From Candidatus Latescibacterota bacterium (GTDB taxonomy: Bacteria; Latescibacterota; UBA2968; GCA-2709665), in the NCBI GenBank assembly GCA_965205485.1, contig OZ242180.1, positions 3,680,001 to 3,744,000 on the forward strand: 64,000 nucleotides of DNA, written 5' to 3'. Every line of letters begins with the position of its first letter. Within the stretch, counting starts at the first letter, position 1. A model generated the notes under the pieces. It had not been told where the DNA came from, ran no database searches, and saw nothing but the letters and a program-made list of their open reading frames with translations. Below are positions 9,739 through 20,593 of this stretch, one piece after another. The position numbers and the translations under genes were made by a program.

Positions 9739-11191
9739 TGTCAGCAACATTGCAAATTGGTGTTAGGGCCCGCCTCCTGACGGCCCGGATTATGGCAAAA
9801 AGAGTGCCGCCACATACGAATACAACGAATGCGAGCACGATAAAATCCGGGCCGGTCAACAGGGGTTCCTTTATCGTCCAGGTAAGTGTGATGGCGTTAT
9901 CTTCAATGAGGTGTTCCCGGGCGATCCGCGGAATATCGTCGGCACTCACACGCTGGATTTGGTTGATTGTCCTCGGATAGAGCAGGGGGTCTCCGGCCAG
10001 CGCGAATGCCTGGCCGAATCTATATGCCATATCAGACCGGTCGTAAAACTCGGAATACTGGCGTCGCAGTTGCGAGTTTCGGGCGGCTGAAAGGTCATTT
10101 TCGGATACGCCGTGAGTCTTTATATCTTCCAATCTTGCGAGTACGGCATTCTCTATGACCTTAGTTGATGAAACCGGGTCCATCTCGGCGACAAAACTGA
10201 TCAGGCCGAACCCCTTATAGCCGTTTATCCGTACGCTAAACGAATTCACTGTCTGAGAGTCGAGCAGTGATGACCGTAGCGAGTTCGAGCGTCTGACCAG
10301 GATTGACGCCAGAACAAGGAAGCCCGCATGGTCCGGATGGCCTGGGCCTGGTATGTGCCAGGCCTTTCTGAACCGGGACTTATTCAGGTTTTTGAACTTC
10401 GTTTGATACCTCTCGCCCAGCGCATCGGGATTGGGAAACCGTGACAAGGGCGATCGATCTTCTCTTTGACGGTCCCCGCCGGGGAACGCTTCGGCCAATT
10501 TCGTGAGGACATCATCTTCATCAACGTCGCCGATAACGACAACCAGGCGTCTCTTCCGTCGCAAGACATTGTGAAAGAGCTGTTTCAGATCCCCAGGTTT
10601 GACCTTTTCGATAAACGACGCTTTGCCAACCCCTTCGAATCTTTCTATTCCGTAGACCAGCCCGAAGAAATGACCGGAGAATCTCCGCCCTGATCGAGTG
10701 CTCTTACCACTGACTTCCGTCAATACAACCTGCCTTTCCCTCTCTATAAATTCGGTGTCAAATACCGTACCGTAAAAACAGTCGCGGTCTATTTCTACGG
10801 CGAGCGCCAGTTTGTCACTTGGAAATCTCATCGTAAAAAACGTCATGTGTAATCCGGTAGCTGCGTCAGATTTCCCGCCGTTGCCGGCGATCAGTCGATT
10901 GAGTTCTCCCGGTGGAAGGCTTCCTGTGCCCGCGATGATATGCTCGAGAAAGTGCAGTTTTCCCTGCTGTCCTTCCGGTTCATCCGCGGAACCCATGGCA
11001 TAAAAGGTCTGATATTCGAAGGTTGGGATCGTCGGGTCGACCACAATGACGGCGTCGAGTCTGTCATTGATGGTATAGTGATGGGCGACGAGGGCGTCCG
11101 AAAGGGATTCCGATCCCACGAGCCGATAGGCGGGGCACGTGTCCGTCCATATGCAGAAGATTATCGCCGCATATAGGGAGGTCTTTGCCAT
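9710..11191 (-). CDS. M16 (insulinase-family) zinc peptidase catalytic subunit with C-terminal membrane anchor
   Basis: Inverted zinc motif HFLEH, downstream ERQVVLTE; C-terminal hydrophobic helix followed by RRR. Confidence 0.8.
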   Translation of the reverse strand: MAKTSLYAAIIFCIWTDTCPAYRLVGSESLSDALVAHHYTINDRLDAVIVVDPTIPTFEYQTFYAMGSADEPEGQQGKLHFLEHIIAGTGSLPPGELNRLIAGNGGKSDAATGLHMTFFTMRFPSDKLALAVEIDRDCFYGTVFDTEFIERERQVVLTEVSGKSTRSGRRFSGHFFGLVYGIERFEGVGKASFIEKVKPGDLKQLFHNVLRRKRRLVVVIGDVDEDDVLTKLAEAFPGGDRQREDRSPLSRFPNPDALGERYQTKFKNLNKSRFRKAWHIPGPGHPDHAGFLVLASILVRRSNSLRSSLLDSQTVNSFSVRINGYKGFGLISFVAEMDPVSSTKVIENAVLARLEDIKTHGVSENDLSAARNSQLRRQYSEFYDRSDMAYRFGQAFALAGDPLLYPRTINQIQRVSADDIPRIAREHLIEDNAITLTWTIKEPLLTGPDFIVLAFVVFVCGGTLFAIIRAVRRRALTPICNVADNEEIRKYHY

Positions 11192-11478
11192 GTCGGGGAC
11201 CCGAAAAATGGCAGGATGCATCGGGATAGGGATTCGCCAATGCTTGAAATCGTCAAGACTCAGGCGACAAGACAACAGGGTCCGAGGCTAGATGCGTGGG
11301 CGAAATGACGGATGAGAGAGGAGCCTGGATGGTTGATCTGATCATGCTACCGTGGTGCTGAGTTCTGCGAATCGAATGAGTGAGGAAGGTGATATTGATC
11401 AAGTCGGACGGCGTCCGGACAAGGTAAGTACGAACATATTTCAGAACCAACAGTCAATCAAGGGAGGTCTACAGCGCA

Positions 11479-11817
11479 TCAGTCGTCGGTAGGAACCAGC
11501 GGTTCGAGTTGGGCGATCAACGCTGGCAGATCCTCCGTCACCGTATCCCAGACTCGTATAAGGTTGACTTTGAAATACCCATGCACAAGACGATTACGCA
11601 TTCCGATGATTTCATGCCATGGAATATCTGAATGTGTTTCCCTCGTCTCAGGGCTCACATGGGTTGCCGCTTCTCCAATGATCTCTATCGACTTTAGGAT
11701 TGCGTTTTGGTGAAGCTCGCTCTGTGTGAATTGTCAGTACGTTAAACCGGAGGCGAATTTAATGGCCTTGCGCGTATGAATCAGCATGTCCAGCAAGTAG
11801 GCTTCACTTCGCCGCGT
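11479..11817 (-). pseudogene. hepT: HepT/DUF86 HEPN toxin, inactivated (ACG start, in-frame TGA at 11734-11736)
   Basis: Manual translation: xRRSEAYLLDML...Y*QF...IEIIGEAA...IPWHEIIGMRNRLVHGY...VWDTVTEDLP; RX4HXY motif. Confidence 0.85.
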
Positions 11818-12115
11818 AAATCGTCTCCGCTGATCCAAGGATGGCTTTACGGCGAATGGTGTTGCAGCTCGCCTCGATTGCGTCTCGTTCCAGTAGATCG
11901 GCCGGCCGACCGAATAATTCAGTCAGTTCATCTTCCATGCGTACCATGTCCAGGAGCGTTGGCCGCGCTTCGTCATTGAAGCTGACGAGTATATCGACGT
12001 CGCTTTCGGGACCCAGTTCGTCGCGCAATGCGGAGCCGAACAACGCCAATTCGACGACCCCCCATCGTTCGCAAAACGCATCGAGTTCTCTCGGAATCTT
12101 GGTATGTTCATTCAT
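11804..12115 (-). CDS. mntA: MntA minimal nucleotidyltransferase antitoxin
   Basis: LFGSALRDELGPESDVD (GSX10DXD); overlaps the HEPN gene. Confidence 0.85.
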   Translation of the reverse strand: MNEHTKIPRELDAFCERWGVVELALFGSALRDELGPESDVDILVSFNDEARPTLLDMVRMEDELTELFGRPADLLERDAIEASCNTIRRKAILGSAETIYAAK

Positions 12116-12286
12116 TCTAAAGAGTGCTCTGCCACCCTAATTTCCGATGGCGGTCTTGTTGGTTATTGGTCTGTCTTACCTGCCAAGTGTCAGATTCGCG
12201 AAACGGGATTTCGGAATGTGTTAATATAGACGACGTATCCAGCACTCTTGTGAGGTGGTCAACCGCATTGAGCCAACGTAATTGGA

Positions 12287-12835
12287 TCATTGGTCCGGCC
12301 TCGCATTTTGTAGCAGATTGAATGATACGCGACCACCCAAATACGTATGTACATCTATATCTTTGTATTCTTCCTTTTGGACCCGTCGTCTCGGCCTTAC
12401 AGGCTGTTTATCAAGCTTCCGACTGTTCTTCATTCCGATAAGATAGTATCGAATGCCTGGCGTCCATCTACTTTTATTTTTCTCGTCGCCGTGAATATGA
12501 CAAGCGGAAACCAGGTATTTCAGAATCGGAAGTGACCTCCGAAGTTGCTCCATTCCTTTCTTATTTTCCTTCAGAGTCTCTTTCAACTCAACGAATATGG
12601 CATAATCCTCACCGTCTGAACTCCTAACCAGAAGAAAATCGCAGATCCTTTTCAATACACCACGTCTTGTGCCCGGCAAATGCCCAACGACATCCATATT
12701 TATTACTACAACATCTGGTGGCATTTGTGTCACGGCAAGTTCAGTCACCTCTTCCTTTAGAACCACTTCGCTACTGGGTTCATAGGAAATCAGAGCGTTT
12801 TCGGCAAGTATCGACTTCAGTTGGCTCAATTGCAC
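12287..12835 (-). CDS. Hypothetical protein with PD-(D/E)XK nuclease-like motif
   Basis: ICDFLLV...YAIFVELK...GMEQL; start overlaps the ATPase stop. Confidence 0.6.
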   Translation of the reverse strand: MQLSQLKSILAENALISYEPSSEVVLKEEVTELAVTQMPPDVVVINMDVVGHLPGTRRGVLKRICDFLLVRSSDGEDYAIFVELKETLKENKKGMEQLRRSLPILKYLVSACHIHGDEKNKSRWTPGIRYYLIGMKNSRKLDKQPVRPRRRVQKEEYKDIDVHTYLGGRVSFNLLQNARPDQ

Positions 12836-14289
12836 TATTCCGCTGCCTCCGAGTCTTCCGAAATTCGAGACGTCAATTCATTTGCTACCGCGTTTATTTC
12901 ATCGATGGTTCCATCGAAAACCGGCATATCAATGCCAAATTCATCAACGTCGCATTTCTTCAGTCCGTTATCTTCAGCTATATACGCCCGAATGGACTCC
13001 GGTTCCAGCGCATCGTCAGGTCGGTATTTTAGTTTTTTAACAACCGATTCTTTCTCGGCGAACGTACTGTTTAACATGACCAGATTGTTGATTTCCTTAA
13101 TCAGGTAGTCGCTGTGGGTTGTAATGAGTACTTTCAATCCTGCACGTACGAATCGCGCCAGCAATCGCGCGAGTAGAATCTGGTTGGCGGTATCGAGATG
13201 GCTTTCCGGCTCGTCAATGATGAGAAGGTGACCGCTGCTTGCAACGTGACGCAGGAAAAAGTAGAAATCTGATAAACCTCGGGCGGATGACGAGGCGTTG
13301 TGCAGCGGTATGTTGAAGCTGCGTCCCTTTCCCCGAGCCTTGGATATAAACCGTATCTCTTCTTCAGACGCGCGGTAATAACCGCCCATCATGTCCTTGA
13401 TTCCGTCATGCAGCTTGTGTGCATGAAGTTCGCTTTCCTTTGCACGTAAGTCCGGAATACTACGAGTGTAGGCGATGTTGTGTTTAATCGGAAGTGCATA
13501 TCGGCTGGTGGCGCCGTCAATGAACATGAACCTGGAACTCCTGCCCCATGCTTTGTCGTCGCCCATCTTCTGCAGCAGGTCGACCAACTGGTTCTTGGTG
13601 AAGTCGAGCTCTCTGTAGAAAAGTGAGATACCAAATCGCTCCGAGGAGAGAATAAAGGTCTCGGATGGGATTTCAGGAAACAAGAAACGAAGATACAGGT
13701 GCGAAAGCGCTTCATCGATATCTGACCGGAGGTATGGCTGTTTACCCTCCTCGATATACAGACTGGCTTTTTCTCCATCGTAATTCAGCGATAGGATTGC
13801 GCCGTCAGATCGGATAGTCTCGTAGATTCGCTCGCCGTTAGAGGGATCGCGCGCGAGTTCGACATCAAGCCTGGCGCCGTCAAAAACGCCGGTAGGAGAG
13901 CTGAACACTCTAGACAGACGGGTATCCGAAAACGTGCGGGTCATATCGTCCATTAACGAAGACCGCATTTCGTTTCTCATTGTCCAATCTACCGGTTGTT
14001 CAGCCTGAAGGATCTTTCGCATCCTGATTGCAAGCATCTCCTTGATGGCGTGAGCCGTGCCTGCTACGCTTTCGGCGTCTACAATAAGCTCAGGCCATTC
14101 CTCGTACATTTTCAGAAAGGCATATAGCGTATACGCCATGTAGGTCTTGCCGGTATTGTTTCGGCCCGCGATTATGGTAAGTTCTCCCAATTCCAATTTG
14201 GCATCCTTGACGGGACCGATGTTGCTGAACCGAAACGTCGCTGGTTTCATTTTGGATTTCACGATATTCAGTTTTTCGGCCGATGCCAT
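12835..14289 (-). CDS. ABC-type ATPase (AAA_15/AAA_21, OLD-like)
   Basis: NIGP, Walker A GRNNTGKT, signature ASSSARG, Walker B/D-loop LLIIDEPESHLD, H-loop ITTHS. Confidence 0.85.
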   Translation of the reverse strand: MASAEKLNIVKSKMKPATFRFSNIGPVKDAKLELGELTIIAGRNNTGKTYMAYTLYAFLKMYEEWPELIVDAESVAGTAHAIKEMLAIRMRKILQAEQPVDWTMRNEMRSSLMDDMTRTFSDTRLSRVFSSPTGVFDGARLDVELARDPSNGERIYETIRSDGAILSLNYDGEKASLYIEEGKQPYLRSDIDEALSHLYLRFLFPEIPSETFILSSERFGISLFYRELDFTKNQLVDLLQKMGDDKAWGRSSRFMFIDGATSRYALPIKHNIAYTRSIPDLRAKESELHAHKLHDGIKDMMGGYYRASEEEIRFISKARGKGRSFNIPLHNASSSARGLSDFYFFLRHVASSGHLLIIDEPESHLDTANQILLARLLARFVRAGLKVLITTHSDYLIKEINNLVMLNSTFAEKESVVKKLKYRPDDALEPESIRAYIAEDNGLKKCDVDEFGIDMPVFDGTIDEINAVANELTSRISEDSEAAE

Positions 14290-14410
14290 GGTGATGCCTC
14301 TTTGATGGATGCTAGGAAGTCCACAATATGCAAGCGATGTACACTTTGGTTACGGCAACCGCTGTATTATTGATTATATACAATCCATTGCGTTTCGGGT
14401 CAACCAAAAC

Positions 14411-14442
14411 AAGAATGGAGGTCAATCCTGACCTCCATTCTT
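14411..14442. terminator. Perfect 14-bp hairpin, probable terminator of the imu-SRAP operon
   Basis: AAGAATGGAGGTCA-ATCC-TGACCTCCATTCTT with T-rich tail on the minus strand. Confidence 0.65.
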
Positions 14443-14531
14443 CCATTGGTTATATAGTTGATATTTCGTGTCTTGCGTAGCACCTCCTCTTTCAGAGTTT
14501 CCGTCTGCACCGCTTTCGATCTCCGTCTTCC

Positions 14532-15218
14532 CTAGAACAGCCGCTGCTGGGACATGGGCGTGAGGATATCCGGGTCGTCGTTCCGGACGCTGTTGACGCG
14601 GGTGCTGACCGCGCGGATTTCGTATGGACCGGCGCGGGGATTGCGGGCCAGGTCGAGGAGCGTTTCGGCGGGGGATTCTTCATCGAGCCAGACTGAAAAG
14701 TGTTCGGGATTGATGACGGCCGGCTGCCTGTGGTGGATGTCCGCCAAAGGCGGGTCGGCGGCGGTCGTGAGGATGGAAAAGGACTCGAGGGCTTCGCCGC
14801 CCCTGTCCCAGCGTTCCCACAGGCCGGCGAAGGACAGCGGCGACCCGTCTGCGAGCGCCAGGAAGTAGGGCTGTTTGCCGTGCCCGGCCCGCTGCCACTC
14901 GAACCAGCCGTCGGCGGGGACCAGGCACCGCCGCGAGCGGAAGGCCGCGCCGAAAGCCGGTTTTTCGTATACCGTCTCGGACCGGGCGTTGATCATGCGC
15001 GCGCCCAATTTGATGTCTCTGGCCCATCCGGGCACCAGCCCCCATCGAAGCCTGGCGATCACCCGGTCGCCGTTCTCGTCAATGCGGCACACCGAGAAGT
15101 CCTGCGTTGGCGCCCCATTGTATCGGGGCTGCAGGTCCGGCGTCGCCAGGGGTTCGGCCAGGGCGTAAAGCTCATGGAGTTCCCGCCAGGTCATCATCTG
15201 CGTGAAACGCCCGCACAT
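14532..15218 (-). CDS. SOS response-associated peptidase (SRAP/YedK/HMCES family)
   Basis: N-terminal MCGRF (catalytic Cys2), RWGLVPGW, NARSET, RCLVPADGWFEW, IHHRQP. Confidence 0.93.
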   Translation of the reverse strand: MCGRFTQMMTWRELHELYALAEPLATPDLQPRYNGAPTQDFSVCRIDENGDRVIARLRWGLVPGWARDIKLGARMINARSETVYEKPAFGAAFRSRRCLVPADGWFEWQRAGHGKQPYFLALADGSPLSFAGLWERWDRGGEALESFSILTTAADPPLADIHHRQPAVINPEHFSVWLDEESPAETLLDLARNPRAGPYEIRAVSTRVNSVRNDDPDILTPMSQQRLF

Positions 15219-15326
15219 GGGATGTTTTCCTCCGTTTTTCGTGCCAACCCGGAAATGCCGTCCGGGGGTTTGCGGTCCGGGTCGCGCTGAAAGCACCGTG
15301 CAATTTCGTCCTTACGTGAAATGGTG

Positions 15327-18300
15327 TCAATGAAAATCCCGGCTCTTGTGGCGGGCCGCTCCGGTATCCAGCTTCGGCTTCCAGATTTTATCAACCACCA
15401 GGTGGGTGACGCCCTCTCCCACCTGCAGTTTTCCGGTCACGCCCATGCAGGAAAGCGTTTTGGCCAGCAGGGAATAGCGCTTGAACGTCCTTTCCCAGAT
15501 CACCAGGTTCACAAATCCCGTTTCATCCTCCAGGGTCATGAAGGTAACGCCCTTGGCGGTTCCCGGGCGCTGGCGGCAGATGACCATCCCCGCGTAGCGA
15601 ACCCGGCGTCCGTCCTGCATCCGGTTGATCTGGCGCGCCGTGGGCAGTTTGCGGGCGGCCAGCTGGGAGCGCAACGGTTTCAGGAGGTGTCCCCGGGTGC
15701 TGTGGTCGGCGGCCTGATGGTCCCAGGCAACGGTCTCCAACCCGCTCAGGGGAGGGAACCGGGGCGGAGAAACGCGGCTGTTCACCGGCAGCGCCGGCCC
15801 CTCGGGAGTTGCGATACCGTGGACCTGCCAGAGCGCGCCGCGCCGGTCCTGGCCGAAACACTCGAAGGCGCCGGCCTCGGCCAGGGTTTCCAGCTTGTCC
15901 TGGCGAAGCCCGCCGCGCCGGGCGACGTCTTCGAGGTCCTGAAAAGGGCGCTTTCTCGCGGTGTCCGAAAGCCGGCGTCCGTCCGCGTCGCCCAGTCCGC
16001 TGACGTAACGCAGCCCCATGCGCACGGCGAACGGAGCGGGCGACGTGCGGGATGAGGCCGGCTCGAGGGTGCAGTCCCAGTCGCTTTTGCGTATGCAGAC
16101 GGGCCGCACGGCGATTCCGTGCCTGCGGGCGTCGTTGACGATGGTGGCGGGCTCGTAGAACCCCATCGGCTGGGCGTTCAGCAGGGCGCAGACGAACTCC
16201 GCCGGATAGTGGCATTTGAGATAGGCGGTGGCATAGGCGATATGGGCAAAGCTGGCGGCGTGACTCTCGGGAAAGCCGTAGTCGCCGAAGCCGCGGATCT
16301 GGTTGAAGATGCGTTCGGCAAATTCGTGTTCGATGCCCTTGTTGACCATGCGGGTGACGAGCCGGCGATGGTGCCGCTCGATGCGTCCGGAACGCCGCCA
16401 CGCCGCCATGTCCCGCCGGAGCTGATCGGCCTCGCCGGGGGTGTAGTCGGCCGCAACCATGGCCAGCTGCATCACCTGTTCCTGAAACAGAGGAATGCCC
16501 AGGGTTTTCCTGAGAACGGGAACGAGGGAAGGGTGGGGATAGTCGACTTCCTCGTCCCCGTTGCGCCGTCTCAGATAGGGATGCACCATGCCGCCCGTGA
16601 TGGGTCCGGGACGCACAATGCTGATTTCAATCACCAGGTCGTAATAACTGCGCGGCTTGAGGCGTCCCAGCATGGCCATCTGCGCCCGGCTTTCGATCTG
16701 AAACACCCCCACGGTATCGCTGCGGCAGATCATATCGAAGGTTGGCGCGTCGCCCCGGGGAAGGGCGGCCAGAGACATGTCCCGCCCGCGGTGCTCCCGC
16801 ATGAGATCGAAGCAGAGATGCAGATGGGTGAGGGCGCCCAACCCCAGCAGGTCCACCTTGAACAGGCCGGCCTGCTCCACGTCCTCCTTGTCCCATTGAA
16901 TGACCGTTCTGCCGTCCATGGTGGCATTCTCGATGGGCACCAGTTCGTGGACGGGGCGATGGCCCAGCAGAAAACCGCCGGGATGGATGGAGAGGTGGCG
17001 GGGAAAATCCTGGATCTCTTTCACCAGGGAAACGAGATGGCGCATGGCCGGGTTTTGAGGGTCCAGCCCGGCCTGCGCGATGAAGGCGTCGCTCCAGCTT
17101 TCATGGGACACCAGCTTGGCAAGGCGGTCCAGGCTGGTTGCCGAAACCTCCAGCGCCTTGCCCACTTCCCGGATGGCGGACCGGTACCGGTAACGCACCA
17201 CGTTGGCCACCATGGCGGCGCGGTCGCGCCCGTATTTTTCGTACATGTGCTGGATCACTTCTTCTCTCCGGTTGTGTTCGATATCCAGGTCGATATCCGG
17301 AGGCTCGGCCCTCTCCCTGGACAGAAAACGTTCGAAGAGAAGTTCCACCTGGGTCGGATCCACGCTGGTGATCCCCAGGGCGAAGCAGACCGCCGAGTTG
17401 GCGGCCGACCCCCGGCCCTGGCAGAGGATCTTCTGACGGCGGCAGTACTCGACGATCTCGTACATGGTCAGGAAGTAGCCTTCGTACTCCAGTTCCTGGA
17501 TCAGTTCGAGTTCCTTCTCCAGTTGTGGAATCTGGTCCCGGAATTTTTCGCCCATCCGCCGCGCGGCGCCCTCGAACGTCCGGTCGCGCAGGTACTGGAT
17601 GGTAGTCTTGCCCTCCGGCACGCGTTCCAGCGGATAGCGGTAGCGCAGTTCCTGGAGCGAGAAGGAACAGCGGTCGGCAATTTCCCGGGTCCGCCCAACC
17701 GACTCCGGATCGTCTGCAAAGAGGCGGGCCAGGTCGTCCGGAGGCGTCAGGGCGTGCCGGTCGTTCGGCCGGATGCGCCGGCCGGCCGTGGACAGGGTCA
17801 CGCCTTCCCGGATACAGGTCAGGACGTCCTGCAGGCGGCGCCGTTCGGGTGTGTGATAGAGGACTTCCACGGCGGCCACGGTGGGGAGGCCGAACCGGTC
17901 GGCCAGTTCCCGGAGCCGGATTTCCCGCAGGATCTCCTCCGCCCGGCGGTGTCTGGCCAACAGGATGTACAGGCGGTCCCCGAATACCGTTTTGAGCCGT
18001 TCCAGCACGGGCTCCGGACCGCTCTCCTCGGGGGCTTCCGGTCCGCCCCGGCCGATCCACAGCGCGATCAGGCCGGGATTGCGGCGACACACTTCATCCA
18101 GGCCCGGCATACACGTTCCCTTCGAGGAACGCAGATGTCCGTCGGTCAGCAGGCGGCAGAGATTGCCGTAGCCCTTCCGGTTCCGGGCCAGCAACAGGAT
18201 CTCCGATCCGTCCCGGAGGCCGATCTGCGATCCCGCGATCAGGTGTATGCCCGCCTGCAGGGCCTGAACGTGAGCCCTGACGATCCCGTACACGCCGTTC

Positions 18301-18440
18301 CGGTCGGTGAGCGCCATGGCCGGAAGGCCGTTCCGCCGGCAGGCCTCGACCAGTTCTTCTGGATGGCTGGCGCCTTCCAGAAAGGAATAGTTGCTCTTGC
18401 ACCAGAGGGGGACGTAAGGCGGATTGGGGGTTGCGGTCAT
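15327..18440 (-). CDS. dnaE2: Error-prone DNA polymerase III alpha subunit DnaE2
   Basis: PHP domain ([15 protein letters not shown]), [27 protein letters not shown]-terminal SRDFH; ATG overlaps the imuB stop. Confidence 0.96.
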   Translation of the reverse strand: MTATPNPPYVPLWCKSNYSFLEGASHPEELVEACRRNGLPAMALTDRNGVYGIVRAHVQALQAGIHLIAGSQIGLRDGSEILLLARNRKGYGNLCRLLTDGHLRSSKGTCMPGLDEVCRRNPGLIALWIGRGGPEAPEESGPEPVLERLKTVFGDRLYILLARHRRAEEILREIRLRELADRFGLPTVAAVEVLYHTPERRRLQDVLTCIREGVTLSTAGRRIRPNDRHALTPPDDLARLFADDPESVGRTREIADRCSFSLQELRYRYPLERVPEGKTTIQYLRDRTFEGAARRMGEKFRDQIPQLEKELELIQELEYEGYFLTMYEIVEYCRRQKILCQGRGSAANSAVCFALGITSVDPTQVELLFERFLSRERAEPPDIDLDIEHNRREEVIQHMYEKYGRDRAAMVANVVRYRYRSAIREVGKALEVSATSLDRLAKLVSHESWSDAFIAQAGLDPQNPAMRHLVSLVKEIQDFPRHLSIHPGGFLLGHRPVHELVPIENATMDGRTVIQWDKEDVEQAGLFKVDLLGLGALTHLHLCFDLMREHRGRDMSLAALPRGDAPTFDMICRSDTVGVFQIESRAQMAMLGRLKPRSYYDLVIEISIVRPGPITGGMVHPYLRRRNGDEEVDYPHPSLVPVLRKTLGIPLFQEQVMQLAMVAADYTPGEADQLRRDMAAWRRSGRIERHHRRLVTRMVNKGIEHEFAERIFNQIRGFGDYGFPESHAASFAHIAYATAYLKCHYPAEFVCALLNAQPMGFYEPATIVNDARRHGIAVRPVCIRKSDWDCTLEPASSRTSPAPFAVRMGLRYVSGLGDADGRRLSDTARKRPFQDLEDVARRGGLRQDKLETLAEAGAFECFGQDRRGALWQVHGIATPEGPALPVNSRVSPPRFPPLSGLETVAWDHQAADHSTRGHLLKPLRSQLAARKLPTARQINRMQDGRRVRYAGMVICRQRPGTAKGVTFMTLEDETGFVNLVIWERTFKRYSLLAKTLSCMGVTGKLQVGEGVTHLVVDKIWKPKLDTGAARHKSRDFH

Positions 18441-19939
18441 TCGACGCGGCCCTGAGCGTACCAGCGATGCGTTTGCTCGTCGTAATAGATCCAGAGGCGC
18501 TCCCCCCGGCGGGTCGTGACGAACCGGTAGTCTCTTCGGACTTCCCGATGCCACCATCCGCCACTGATCGCATGTCCCGGCGGATGCCCCGCGCCCGGCG
18601 TCGGCTTCCGGTTTTTCGCGTGGTAAAGGGAAGCCCCTTCCAGGTGTTCGGGGCAGGCGTGGACGCGCCGCACCAGGGGGCGCAGGGGGACCGGTTGGGG
18701 ATTGGCGACGGCAAGCTTCCCGAAGGGCTGCCACTCGAAACGGGCTTCCGGCAGGTGCCCCGGTTTGAGCCGGGCCGACAGCACGGAATCGGGGCCGAAC
18801 TCGGCGCGGACCCGGGCCAGGGCATCCAGGGCCGCCTCGAGATTGCGGCGTGGGTTCTGCTGCAGCAGGTCCAGTGTTTCGGCGGAGACGTACACGCCCT
18901 CCGCCTCAAGGGCCAGTTCCACCGGGGGAGCGCGGAAAGAGACCGTTTCCAGGTGCAGACGCAGCAAGTCCAGCAGGACCGGCGCCTCCAGCGTCGGCCT
19001 TGCCGGCTGGATGCGCTGGCGATGACGTTCTCCGTCTTCCAGCAGCAGTTGCAGATGCAGGGCCGCCACCGCCTGGCACCTTGCCGCCGTCGCCCGCAAC
19101 AGGGGGTCCAGCCGCCGGCGGATCCAGAAAAGCAGTCTCCGTGCATTGGATTCGGGCTCGTCCAGGTCTATCCGGACGCGGAGGGGTTCGGGGATCTTTC
19201 GGGATTGAATCGGCAGCGACAGCGTACCCGACGCAAAACGGTAGAGGTTCCAGGCCTCCTCGCCGAGGTGGTGCATAATGCCGCCCGCGGGAAGCGCCAG
19301 GAAGTCGCTCACGGTATGGACCGCCAGTTTTTCGAGCCGGTCGCGCAGCTTCGGGTCGATCTGCAGATGCAGCAGCCGCACCATGCGGCTTTCCGTCTGC
19401 TCGACCTCCGGGGAAGGGAACACGATCACCCGGCTTGCCGACCTGGCGACGGCATAGCTGCCGAAACGGCCGAAGCCGACGACGATGCCGGCCTTTAACG
19501 CCAGCCTGGAAAGGCGGGCGTCGATCTGCCTGGCCCAGTCTTCGAGAGAGGTATGGAGCTTGTCGAGCCCGCTGGCATCGACCCAGAAAATCCCGGGCTC
19601 GTCGTTGGAGGGCTCGATCCGGGGGCTGAAACGCTCCAGAAGCCGGTGGACCTGCCGCACCGCGGCCTGAATTTCCCTCTCGGAAACCGTTCCCGCGCAC
19701 AGGTTCCGGTCCAGCGAAAGGGCCGCGGCATAGCGCATACCCGTGCGGATGCCGGCCCGGCCGGCCGCCGGGTTCACCCAGAGGATGGGACTCTGGGGAT
19801 TCTCTTTTTCCACCACGGCGACCGGCTTTCGCTTCCACTCCGGGTGTTTCCTCATCAGGAGTTGCAGCGGCAGCGCGCGGATATTAATGCAGGCCGTCCG
19901 GCCCGCGGCAGATTTCGGTGTGGCGCCAACCCGGTCCAT
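18437..19939 (-). CDS. imuB: ImuB, inactive Y-family polymerase
   Basis: Y-family N-terminus ([14 protein letters not shown]) and C-terminal GGWW...RDY...LWIYYD...W. Confidence 0.88.
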   Translation of the reverse strand: MDRVGATPKSAAGRTACINIRALPLQLLMRKHPEWKRKPVAVVEKENPQSPILWVNPAAGRAGIRTGMRYAAALSLDRNLCAGTVSEREIQAAVRQVHRLLERFSPRIEPSNDEPGIFWVDASGLDKLHTSLEDWARQIDARLSRLALKAGIVVGFGRFGSYAVARSASRVIVFPSPEVEQTESRMVRLLHLQIDPKLRDRLEKLAVHTVSDFLALPAGGIMHHLGEEAWNLYRFASGTLSLPIQSRKIPEPLRVRIDLDEPESNARRLLFWIRRRLDPLLRATAARCQAVAALHLQLLLEDGERHRQRIQPARPTLEAPVLLDLLRLHLETVSFRAPPVELALEAEGVYVSAETLDLLQQNPRRNLEAALDALARVRAEFGPDSVLSARLKPGHLPEARFEWQPFGKLAVANPQPVPLRPLVRRVHACPEHLEGASLYHAKNRKPTPGAGHPPGHAISGGWWHREVRRDYRFVTTRRGERLWIYYDEQTHRWYAQGRVE

Positions 19940-20585
19940 GGCGTCTGTCCTTCAGAATTTCGATGTCGTACTGGAAGCGGTCGACCCCCATGCGCCGGCA
20001 GGAGGATTGCCCTCGCAGACAGACCATCGGTCCCAGCGAAGGCGTCTCCCTGGATTTTGAGGTCAGGCAGAGCAGGGCGGTGTCGTGGCTCCGCGCCAGG
20101 TGGGCCAGGCGCGCCTGCAGCGGAAACGGAATTGCGGGATCGGCGTGCAGGTCCATCACCATCAGGCCGAAGGCGCCCGACCTCAGGAGCCGGTCCGCCG
20201 AACGCGCCGCGGACTGGGCAGAGGGCACGTGGATGACGACGAGGGCATTCAGGTCCACGCCGTTTTCGACGGCATCGGGGGCGAAGAAGGTATCCGGCGT
20301 GGCCGTGATCCAGGCCACCGGCTCATGCCCGAGCTGCGCGTCCAGCACCAGCCGGAAGGCCGCCGTGAGCAGACCGGCTCCTGAACCGGAAGAGAGTTCG
20401 CAGAGGCGCCCGGCCAACTGCGCCAGCGACCAGCGCGGCGTTTTCGTCCGGGCCCTGATCCTGTTCAGATCGGTCCGGAAGCGCTGTAATCCGCTGTCCT
20501 GCAAGGCTGAAAAGCGTTCTCGTTTAATATTGTCCGATACGCTCCGCACCTGGATGACCTTTCCCGGGGGTGAAAAAGGTTCCAC
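19884..20585 (-). CDS. imuA: ImuA, RecA-like translesion accessory protein
   Basis: RecA-like core (GVDLNALVV, ADRLLRSGAFGLMVMD) with degenerate Walker A; first gene of the imu cassette. Confidence 0.82.
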   Translation of the reverse strand: MEPFSPPGKVIQVRSVSDNIKRERFSALQDSGLQRFRTDLNRIRARTKTPRWSLAQLAGRLCELSSGSGAGLLTAAFRLVLDAQLGHEPVAWITATPDTFFAPDAVENGVDLNALVVIHVPSAQSAARSADRLLRSGAFGLMVMDLHADPAIPFPLQARLAHLARSHDTALLCLTSKSRETPSLGPMVCLRGQSSCRRMGVDRFQYDIEILKDRRHGPGWRHTEICRGPDGLH

Positions 20586-20593
20586 ATTCTCCT

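Noticed and set aside
11734..11736. Selenocysteine or recoded TGA in hepT
   Set aside because: Not a catalytic Cys position, the start codon is also lost, and TGA is used as a normal stop throughout the window.
12120..12249. AAGAGTGCT...AGCACTCTT resembling CIRCE half-sites
   Set aside because: The halves are in the wrong order and ~112 bp apart rather than 9 bp; a 9-bp inverted repeat alone is too weak to call.
16119..18455. Long antisense ORFs (e.g. 16119-18455, 22687-24210, 53979-55589, 55707-58253)
   Set aside because: Shadow frames of well-supported genes in GC-rich DNA, with no family motifs.
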